A stretch of 63,768 bases of DNA, filler included, from Lenisia limosa (lineage: Eukaryota; Protista; Breviatea): the NCBI GenBank assembly GCA_001655205.1. It is 18 parts of 18 records of this genome, joined end to end, with 100 filler letters (N's around TTAATTAATTAA, not from the genome) between each part and the next. Parts side by side here need not be neighbours in the genome. Positions count along the whole stretch, not along the records: positions 26,122 to 28,266 come from LPNZ01005027.1; positions 28,367 to 33,180 come from LPNZ01010413.1; positions 33,281 to 35,576 come from LPNZ01002490.1; positions 35,677 to 37,548 come from LPNZ01000037.1; 14 more parts are not named here. One strand, 5' to 3'. Positions 27,015 through 36,120 of the stretch are shown here, one piece after another. The notes under the pieces were generated by a model, which was given only the letters and a program-made list of their open reading frames with translations, did not search any database and was not told the DNA's origin. Numbering within the stretch: the first letter of the stretch is position 1; each line of letters begins with the position of its first letter. The position numbers were made by a program, and so were the translations under genes.

Positions 27015-28146
27015 TTTGCCGCCATCTGCCGTCAGCGTGATAGGTCTCATCTGTCTCAGCAAACACTCGAGGCTGTCAGTATGGGGGGGGGGGNNNNNNN
27101 NNNNNNNNNNNNNNNNNNNNNNNNNNNNNNNNNNNNNNNNNNNNNNNNNNNNNNNNNNNNNNNNNNNNNNNNNNNNNNNNNNNNNNNNNNNNNNNNNNNN
27201 NNNNNNNNNNNNNNNNNNNNNNNNNNNNNNNNNNNNNNNNNNNNNNNNNNNNNNNNNNNNNNNNNNNNNNNNNNNNNNNNNNNNNNNNNNNNNNNNNNNN
27301 NNNNNNNNNNNNNNNNNNNNNNNNNNNNNNNNNNNNNNNNNNNNNNNNNNNCTAACTCCCAGTTCTCGACTTCAAGGACATGGCACCTCCGCCGCTGCTG
27401 CTCTACTCTCTGGCCAAGCACAAATGGGACACCGGCCGCACGGCGAAGGCTATTGAAATGGTGGCAGAGGGATACAAAATCAGATAATACTACAATAATT
27501 ACCAATATTAAAATTTACCAGTATTTTTTTATGATTTTTATTTCTCAACATCTAACCCCCCCAGCTCAACGATTTGACTGAGAATCCTGGAGCAGACAAT
27601 AGCTTGCGCGCACGTGTGTTTGCGCGGCTTGCCAAGTGGACCAATATCCTGCACTCTGAGGCTAAACCAGCACTTGTGGGTGGCTTGAGAATTGGACTTC
27701 CCATTAGAACGAATTTCATATTCTCGATATATTCATGGTCTAATATAAAGAAGCCGAACCCATTAAATACCTGTTGTACAATGACCATTACAAGTCTCGA
27801 CCGAATTGGTCAGATTTACATATATTATCGGCCAAAGCTTACCACGGCCACTGCCAACCCCGTAATCAGTACAGTACCCTCATAAGTAACAGACGGTGGT
27901 CGAATTATGCCATTCTAATCTCAAAAACAGTCCACACACTCGTCTCCCGCCTTCCCACTCCTCATTGCAGCCACAGAGCTTGACCCTTCAATTTTCAAGG
28001 TGGGCGATTTTCAATATTCAGAAAGTGGGGAGTTTGGAGGGAGTTGATTGTTAATTTTCCAATTTTACCCCCCACCCCAGGCATGGCATCATCAGGCTGT
28101 TTTGGCCTTCATCGCCGCCTCAGAGGACGCCAACGCCAACCCGGGG
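27015..28146 (+). CDS. TOR: TOR kinase, FAT-domain exons
   Basis: Exons FAAICRQRDRSHLSQQTLEAV / PPPLLLYSLAKHKWDTGRTAKAIEM / LRARVFARLAKW / ATELDPSIFK-AWHHQAVLAF parallel mTOR YASLCGKSGRLALAHKTL / PQVTYAYMKNMWKSARKIDAF / LMARCFLKLGEW / ATEHDRSWYKAWHAWAVMNF in the same order. Confidence 0.8.
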
Positions 28147-28549
28147 TGGGCAGGGGGGAAGTGGTATAATCTACTGTTCTATCTTTTGTTAGAATAACAT
28201 ATTCTAAGCTACTGGTGAGGAGAGATTGCTTTTGATTAGAGCCATCACTATCACTATGCTTTTGAANNNNNNNNNNNNNNNNNNNNNNNNNNNNNNNNNN
28301 NNNNNNNNNNTTAATTAATTAANNNNNNNNNNNNNNNNNNNNNNNNNNNNNNNNNNNNNNNNNNNNTATTGCCCTCTCACAGTTCCTATTCCTTCCCGAG
28401 GAAATATTAGCACCATTTTGCTGAAGATATCCGTTAAGACCCTCCATCATTGGTATTCCATACCCTCTCCCTTTCAAGCACTACTCCAATCATGTTGCCA
28501 ATATGGGGCAAAAACAGACATAATCTACCCCCCAGATATAATTCTTGCC

Positions 28550-28649
28550 TAGGGCTTCACTTCGGTTCGAAAAAAGACTGAATTTCTAAAATAGATCCTC
28601 AAAAATTATCGATATTTTCCTGGTCTTTTTGAACCGAAGTGAAGCTCTA
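28550..28649. mobile_element. family A: 100-bp hAT-type MITE (type copy)
   Basis: TIR TAGGGCTTCACTTCGGTTCGAAAAA ... TTTTTGAACCGAAGTGAAGCTCTA with perfect 8-bp TSD TTCTTGCC (28542-28549 / 28650-28657). About 23 copies, approx. starts 7021, 17954, 18352, 19222, 20106, 25819, 26176, 28550, 35743, 35936, 39872, 40183, 40554, 51152, 51443, 51983, 52418, 52562, 53861, 59706, 60547, 60878, 62371. Confidence 0.9.
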
Positions 28650-28669
28650 TTCTTGCCCCCCCCCCTACA

Positions 28670-31600
28670 TAGTTCCTGTTTCGACCCGAAGAAATACTAG
28701 CGCCCATTTGCTGGAGTAACCCGTTGACGTCACCGTTGAAGGCGGATTCTAGAAAGGTGGTGGAGGGCCTTCCAATCTGGAGGCGGGTAAATTTGGAAAT
28801 TTTATGGAACAAAGGGGGTGGGGGGAGTGAAACGAAGGAAATTTCGATGAAGAANNNNNNNNNNNNNNNNNNNNNNNNNNNNNNNNNNNNNNNNNNNNNN
28901 NNNNNNNNNNNNNACTCCGACAAGAAACACGAACAAACAACGCCAAAACTAGACAAAAACCAGATAACAAAAACACAAAACAATGAAGTGAAGGAAATTT
29001 CGAATGAGTATTAGTGTTAATGGAAGCCCTTAAGCCCCTCACCTCCCCAAGCCAATAAGTGATCATGTCAAAGGATTCACGAGGGGTCAATCCTACAATG
29101 TGAGAAAAAATCTGGGAATATGAACCTCTACATGTACATTGCACATATTGATATTGATTGCTTGACATACATGTATGTATATTAGGGCCATTGAGCAAAC
29201 TATACATATTATATATGATATCGATATGCATATGATATATAAATCACTGTATTATGTCATATGGTATTTATCAAAACTTAACACCTACACCCACACCTAC
29301 CAAGCCTATCCAGGGCAGCAGTCATGAAGGACGGGAAGTTGGCAGCGTTAACACAGAAACTTCGGGGGTCTCCTGTGATGTTTAGTTTATGGCATAAAGC
29401 TGGATAATAAATAAAAAACTGGATCAACTGAAGATAAATGGACTTTATACTGTTCTTAGTGTATAATCATCGTTTTTCTTGTTGAGGTATACAGACTATC
29501 CATCAAACAGCTTTGCATTATCCACACTCACACCATCCATTATATGATTAAATGCAGCTCCACACACTCCGACTCCCAAAATAGTAAAGGCACAATATAT
29601 AGTGACCGGGATAAGTCTTGACCGATTTGCATTGCACTACGTGTAATATCAATCCACAGACTTGATTGAAAACTCTGTTTATTCCAACAGTTTTGTATGA
29701 TAATATGAATTCACCAATCCATTTTCCTTTGTAATAGTATAATAATCCTTATAAACGATGGAGTGAAAGGATTGTTAAGGTATGGTATTAACAAACCAAC
29801 CCGTCATCCCGCACTTCTCATCCCTCATACCAGCACTTCTCATCCCTCATACCAGCACTGGGCCCTATCAGCGGATGCGGTTCAACACACACGGACTCCC
29901 AGAAGAGATACGGCACAATATACGGTTCTTTCTTGAGAAAACCCATGGCAACTGGGGCCAGCATCTTCTCTTCAAATTCGAGGACATCTGTCCACCCCGC
30001 GAGTTCAAGCTGTCCGTCTCTGGGGGGGGGGGGGGNNNNNNNNNNNNNNNNNNNNNNNNNNNNNNNNNNNNNNNNNNNNNNNNNNNNNNNNNNNNNNNNN
30101 NNNNNNNNNNNNNNNNNNNNNNNNNNNNNNNNNNNNNNNNNNNNNAAAGAATGATAACAAAGTGATAGTTTTCTTGGGATTATGAGAATATCAGTCATTA
30201 TTTTGGGTAGACTGTATAAGTGTATCTGGGTGGGAAGGGTCTACTACAGTGTTTTAATAGCATATCATTTGTTCCAATTTCTTCATTGTGTAATCTCCTC
30301 TTTAATAATGTCATGGATAAACATATTGATCCCTTACCGGTTTCCTAATCAATGTCTTTACTATTTTGGTTTTTTTTTGTTTTATAAATGTCCCCGGGCT
30401 GATTTTCTTGGGGTTTTGTTTCTTTTGTTTCCAAATCAAAACCTGTATTTTACACTGAGTTGATTTTGTGCTTTTTTAAAAAACATCCCTTTCACCGTTG
30501 TCAGCCAACAGAGTTGATTTTTTTGGACCGAAGTGACACCCACAGTGTACTAGGATCCCAAGGCTGTCAAAGCAAGTCTTCACACCCGATTCATTACGTA
30601 ACCTTAACTGAACCCCAAATCCATGAATTTTGGTCCCCCAATAGAGATCCCCTCTCACCTCTACTCAGTATCCCCCACACAGATTTCCTGGGAAGTGAAC
30701 AGTTGCCTCATTGTCGACTGTGAAGGCCGCAAATACTCCGGAAAAACTACTTGGTCAATTTTTTTTAAAAAAAGTGAATTGCAACAGTTCCGTCTAGGGC
30801 TCATTGTATCCCCTAGGCTCCGGCTCCGTGCAATAATTGAGAAATTCATTACAAAACATGAAGTAAGACATGTTGTAATGGGATCTTCATTTCAGCTACT
30901 AAAGGCCAAGAGTCCTCCTGCCCAGAAAAAAAGGCACATCATCGCACAGAAATCCTCGTCTATCTCTTGTATCTACCATTTTACGACTGACATTTTTTAT
31001 ACAGAGCCCCCACTCACCATCATCATGTGCCTCCTAGCACCATCACTTGGATTAATGTTGCACCATATCCACTCGAGATAAGATCATATGACCGACTTTC
31101 AAGTCGAAATGATGAACGGAGGAACTAAGGTAACGGAAGAGTTTATCCTCATTGAGACTTGTTGCTCAATTACCATATGATGAATCATAACACTGAGTGG
31201 AAAAAAATTCACAAACTAAAGACCCCTCCCCTCTATTCTCTCCGTAAATCAATTTTAGACCACGTTTACCTCAGAATGGCAGAGAGAACAAGGCAGAGAG
31301 TTGTGCCCTTCGACATCATCGTGTTTAATCCCGAAGACTTCTAATAATTGCGTAACAGGCGCTTCTCCTCAAGTTGTTTTATTACAGGCTTTCGTTCTTC
31401 ACCGTTTTTTTGCTTTTTTCATTTCAAAAAAGGCAAAAACAGAAAGTGAGCTGATCTGTAGATCTATTGTCAGGTCGATTTCCATTATTCATTTTACAGA
31501 TGTTGCGATAAATAAAAAAAAAATAAAAAATCTATATATATATATATATTTAAATACACTGACAGAAAGAAAATGAGAAGGAACCTCCTTCTGAAACTGA

Positions 31601-31710
31601 TCTCTTTTAAGGCTTGGAAATATTTCAAAAAATTACCTCTTCTGTGACTCGAACTGACCTTCCCCAAAAGACAACTTGTTTCCGGCAGTTTCGGTTCCTA
31701 GTCGTTTCAT
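28670..31710 (-). CDS. unidentified multi-exon gene, head-to-head with UTP23
   Basis: Probable ATG at 31710 (MKRLGTETAGNKLSFGE, GTCAG donor); later exons include DGQLELAGWTDVLEFEEKMLAPVAMGFLKKEPYIVPYLFWESVCVEPHPLIGPS, GDPRSFCVNAANFPSFMTAALDRL, IGRPSTTFLESAFNGDVNGLLQQM. Confidence 0.4.
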
Positions 31711-31901
31711 GTTGTTGCCCGCCAAAACCCGACAAACCCAACAACCAAGCCAACGACCCGGAGCACACTCTTTTTCTCTTTTTTCGCTCATTTTCAATAA
31801 CGTAGTTTAACGCTTTGACGAATTTACGAAAACAAAAAAAGATCCAACCATCAGCACATCAACAGCAACAGACTCGTGATCTTGGGCTATAAATAAGGAG
31901 A
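31711..31901. promoter_or_regulatory. putative bidirectional promoter (191 bp between divergent ATGs)
   Basis: Divergent start codons at 31710 (-) and 31902 (+); TATAAATAA just upstream of the UTP23 ATG. Confidence 0.35.
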
Positions 31902-32669
31902 ATGTCACTCGCTAGGATCAAGAAAGCCCGTAAGACGCTCCAGTTCTATCAGCAACACGGAGGATATGAAGAGCCTTTCTCAGTCATTCGTTGGGGGGGG
32001 GGGGGTCANNNNNNNNNNNNNNNNNNNNNNNNNNNNNNNNNNNNNNNNNNNNNNNNNNNNNNNNNNNNNNNNNNNNNNNNNNNNNNNNNNNNNNNNNNNN
32101 NNNNNNNNNNNNNNNNNNNNNNATTTGGATGTGTTTGTGCAAAACGTGACCTTCTTTTTGATCAGTGAAATTTCGGTTGATCACCATTTTCCTCCTCTTC
32201 CCTAATTTCTGGATTCGTGTGCGTTCCTCCAAATATTAAGCACCTCGCGCCAAGTCCAAGCGTTGCTATGTCAATTATTAGATTCACTCTCCCTCCTCCT
32301 TCTTCTCTTAAAATATTAATACTCCAATAAAAAAAGACACAGGAGAAAGAATAGATAAAAACAGCCTTTTGCTTCAACAGACTCGATTTTGGGCTGTTTT
32401 TGTTTCATTATTTTCTTCTTCAGGTTAATAGCATTAGCAACAGTTTTCAGGTTGATAGCAACAGTGTTAGCAACAGTTTTCAGGTTGATAGCGACAGTGT
32501 TAGCAACAGTTTGTTGATTTGTTGTTTGCGACAATATTTAGAAACCAAAACTACTGTCAAATTTTCTCTGACGCTTCAGCTGACGAGTTCTTCCTGGAAA
32601 AAGTGGTCCAGATGAAAGTCCCTCTCGACAACTCCCTCAACAAGCTTCTTGGTGACAAATGGACATGTG
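31902..32669 (+). CDS. UTP23: UTP23/FCF1-family PIN-domain rRNA processing protein, 5' exons
   Basis: MSLARIKKARKTLQFYQQHGGYEEPFSVI matches the UTP23 N-terminus (R.K.A.K.L.FY...FGF.EPY.VL); next exon DEFFLEKVVQMKVPLDNSLNKLLGDKWTC. Confidence 0.6.
32420..32512. repeat. 33-bp intronic tandem repeat (about 3 units)
   Basis: TTTTCAGGTTGATAGCAACAGTGTTAGCAACAG repeated. Confidence 0.85.
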
Positions 32670-33280
32670 GTGAAGGGGGGTGTCTTGTTCCTAAAGTGGG
32701 GGTGAAAGCAGATGGGAATATCGATAAATAACGATATTTTACCAGCTTTAACTGACAGTGAAGCAAATTTGTTTTATTACAGGGGAAATTTTAAAACAAT
32801 GAGGGCTTTTCTAGGATTTGCTTCCACTTGACTGAGACACTCCCTCACCTGGCCTATAATGGTTCAATTAATATTCTATACTAAATCCAATATCTCTTAT
32901 AAGCGTGANNNNNNNNNNNNNNNNNNNNNNNNNNNNNNNNNNNNNNNNNNNNNNNNNNNNNNNNNNNNNNNNNNNNNNNNNNNNNNNNNNNNNNNNATGT
33001 AGGTTATGATATACTATAACTTATTGGTTCATTATAGTGAGATTATACTTACACCACAGCCACCACGCCATGCATCAAAGCACGTATCGCAAAGCTGGCC
33101 AACAAGAAGGGCGATAAACAGTGGGAGGGTCTAAAGCCTGGGGTGGGGGGGTGTAAAGCTGTGAGAAAGGGGGAGGGTAGNNNNNNNNNNNNNNNNNNNN
33201 NNNNNNNNNNNNNNNNNNNNNNNNTTAATTAATTAANNNNNNNNNNNNNNNNNNNNNNNNNNNNNNNNNNNNNNNNNNNN

Positions 33281-35441
33281 TAGCGATGACGTTGACAAAA
33301 GGACCCAAGTTGGGATTGGTGAAGCCAGCTTTGTAGATAATATTGCGTGTGGTCAACTTCTTGAGTTCGATAACCTCGGAAGCAATAGCCAGGTTAACCT
33401 TGGATGACAGAACCTGCTGTGTCAATACTATGTAGAAATGGGATTATATGAGGGCCATGAAACAAGAAATACTGCAACCTGCTGATAAACCTCAATTCAT
33501 TATATCCAATATAAAAGACCAACGTAATGTGTTCATGCTAAACATTTACCCCATATAATTAATCATCTTTCAATAAAGAGAACACCAAGAAAGCGACAAC
33601 TTTGCTTACAAAGGGAGAGAGCAGAATTGCATCCCGCACTTCCTGGACATTCGTATCGTCCTGCACACGTTTGCAAGCCTTGGTCAGAATCTCCGTCGTG
33701 ACACACTCGATGTACCACGCAATCATCTCGACAACCTGGGTGGTGAGGCAAGGGGGGGGGGGGTTTACAANNNNNNNNNNNNNNNNNNNNNNNNNNNNNN
33801 NNNNNNNNNNNNNNNNNNNNNNNNNNNNNNNNNNNNNNNNNNNNNNNNNNNNNNNNNNNNNNNNAAGCAAAAAAAAAGTATAGGTTGCGTTGAGTCTAAA
33901 AGTCATATACTAAGGTGAATCTGTTGTCACAAAAAATGAAATAAACCAAAAATTGGCAGCTACTACTCTGGTTTGTCAATAATGCACACCTACGTGCATT
34001 CCTTGAACATTCTACCAAAGAACCCATCTCCCAGCTTCGTCACTACTCTTCTATTACTCATCTTCAAGCTAACCTTCCTTGACCAAGCGCTGGACGGCCC
34101 ATCAAGAATGTCCTCCCACACATATTCGAGAATAGCGAAGGCGCTTTGGTTAGGAAGCACCTGTTCAGTGGACTTCTGCTGCCTCCTGGGGAAGATGTAA
34201 GACTATTAGAGTTCCACTTTCGATTAGAGACACGTAAAATATTGATTTGTATCAAATATTTATCAAGATTTATCCAGTACTCGGTCCTATTCGGCACTCT
34301 GGACCCTTCAAAATATCCCCTTGTGTCGTTCGGAGACCCTGGAGGGTACAGGGTACTTTTGAAACCGAAAGTAAATACCAGTATAAAAACATTAAAAAGC
34401 TGAACATCAGTGTTGTTAAAATAGTTTGAATGTATAAACAGAACAAAATAAATACTCCACTGAAATGAAAAGCCTCTCAAGTCTCACCTAATTTCCCGGA
34501 GTGCCTGCGTAATACTAGGGTTGTTTCGTCTTATTCTCTGAGGGCAAATGCAGGGCACAACACTGGCATTTGGCAAAACAAGGAAGTTGTTAACGAAGAA
34601 CATATCACAGAGCTCTGAATCGTACGCAATGGCAAGAAAGATGTGACGAGGCGTGATCCGGAGCTTCTTAGAATCCCGAGCCGCGTTTCCTGACAGCTCA
34701 AGGATTTCAGCGCAAACGTACTCCATGCCGGCAGCGAAAACGACTTCGGCCACCTTGTTCACACGTCCCGGGAAGAAGACTCTCATTTTTACAGGAGCAA
34801 ACTGAAGCCCAGCGCGCTGAGCTCTAGAAAGCCGGCATCGTCGCTGGAATCGCCCTTTTGATTTCGGCGGCGGAGCGCTGCTGCTGGAGTTGACGTATTT
34901 GGTCATGGCTTTAACCATCTCGGATTTGGCATGCCTCGTAATTTCACCTGTGACGTTATTAGAACATGAGACAAAAAACATCAAAGAAAAAGAATAGATA
35001 ACGTGAAAAGTAAGGAAGAAATAATGCCTTTCATACCTTTCCAAAATAAACCATTCTTGATGATTGTAGATAACTGTCAATAAAAGCACAATGAAGCACA
35101 AGAGAAGACTGTCCAACCACCATACCTCTGGTCATGCTGCAAAACGCTTCTATTGCTGATGATGGCCTCACAATCTATTCAATAAGATGCAATTTACGAG
35201 AAGATCTAAAACGAATACTTTAAGGGAATAATAATATGTCGCAGTGATAAATAAAAAATAAGGTTGTATCTAGCTGAAGCCGTCCACACCATCACGCCTA
35301 TAAGAGATATTGGATTATAGTATTAAATCCCACATTGCAGTCCAACTCAGCGGCAAAAGCGCCAGCCTTGTTGCCCAGGTAGTTCAGGAGCAGGTTCAAG
35401 CCTCTCATCGTCGCCTTGTTCATGGACATACCGGGGTGAAC
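33281..35441 (-). CDS. spliced, fused multi-histone protein H2B-H2A-H3-(H4?), truncated at both contig ends
   Basis: Exons 35441-35334, 35174-35126, 34947-34488, 34185-34074, 33735-33610 and 33413-33281 join in frame at GT-AG sites (phases 0,1,2,0,0). H2B: VHPGMSMNKATM...GEITRHAKSEMVKAMTKY. H2A: SRAQRAGLQF...MEYVCAEILELSGNAARDSKKLRITPRHIFLAIAYDSEL. H3: ITQALREIR|RQQKSTEQVL. H4-like (weak): LKKLTTRNIIYKAGF. Confidence 0.85.
35250..35330 (-). mobile_element. family C: ~90-bp non-TIR repeat with GGC-TTCG-GCC hairpin, Helentron/HINE-like
   Basis: Consensus AAATGATTGGGTGAATTAATATTATACTATAATCCAATATCTCTTATAAGCGTGATGGTGTGGACGGCTTCGGCCAGATACAACCTT(G/A)TTTT; copies ~19465, 21640 (x2), 24380, 32860, 35250, 40830, 50130, 60410. 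Confidence 0.7.
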
Positions 35442-35742
35442 CTTGGGTGGGGGGTGGGGGGTAAAACGAAGGAAATTTCAATGAAGGATAGTGGCGTAAA
35501 GGTACTAATCATGTAAAATTGGAAGAAACTAAAGCCCAAATCAACTCTATTGGCTGATAAAACACAAGTGTTGATANNNNNNNNNNNNNNNNNNNNNNNN
35601 NNNNNNNNNNNNNNNNNNNNTTAATTAATTAANNNNNNNNNNNNNNNNNNNNNNNNNNNNNNNNNNNNNNNNNNNNTTCCACCTCCTTATCTCTGTTAAA
35701 CTCCACCCCACCCCTGTTATGGTACATATCAACCTCTGTCAC

Positions 35743-35842
35743 TAGGGCTTCACTTCGGTTCGAAAAAGTCTGGTAAAATATCGATAGTTTTCGAGGATTT
35801 ATCGAGAAATTCAGTCTTTTTTAGAACCAAAGTGAAGCCCTT
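35743..35842. mobile_element. family A1 MITE copy
   Basis: 100 bp, full TIRs, flanks TCTGTCAC/CTTGTCAC (6/8). Confidence 0.85.
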
Positions 35843-36120
35843 CTTGTCACCCCTTTTTAGGGATTAACGCCTTTCAATAATCGCTACCACTTGGTTTATT
35901 TAATAAAAATATTCCGTACTATTGCCCTTTTGGGTGGAGTTTCACTTCGTTTCAAAATATGATGAAATTTCTCGTTAAATTCTCTTTTTTGGTATTTTTC
36001 TGACCAATGTGAAGCCCTATTGGGTTCATTATTGTTGATTCCAGCCATTTTTAGGAAATCTCCCCTTCCAAACACCCCTTTTTTACCCGCCTTTTTTGTT
36101 TATAGACCAACCCACTTTAG

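Noticed and set aside
30623-31081. P-loop-like GRKYSGKTT in a 152-aa plus-strand ORF
   Set aside because: It overlaps the antisense of a probable host exon and acceptor and AT-rich intron sequence; no Walker B or other NTPase context.
33040-33140. Minus-strand exon that might complete the H4 fold
   Set aside because: It lies across an artificial spacer on another contig and none of its frames resembles the H4 C-terminal half convincingly.
34484-35116. Stand-alone divergent H2A (or simple H2B-H2A doublet) as suggested by the ORF track
   Set aside because: The ORF start lies in an intron and its stop overlaps an AG|GTGAGA donor; splicing restores the H3 signature ALREIRRxQKSTE in frame.
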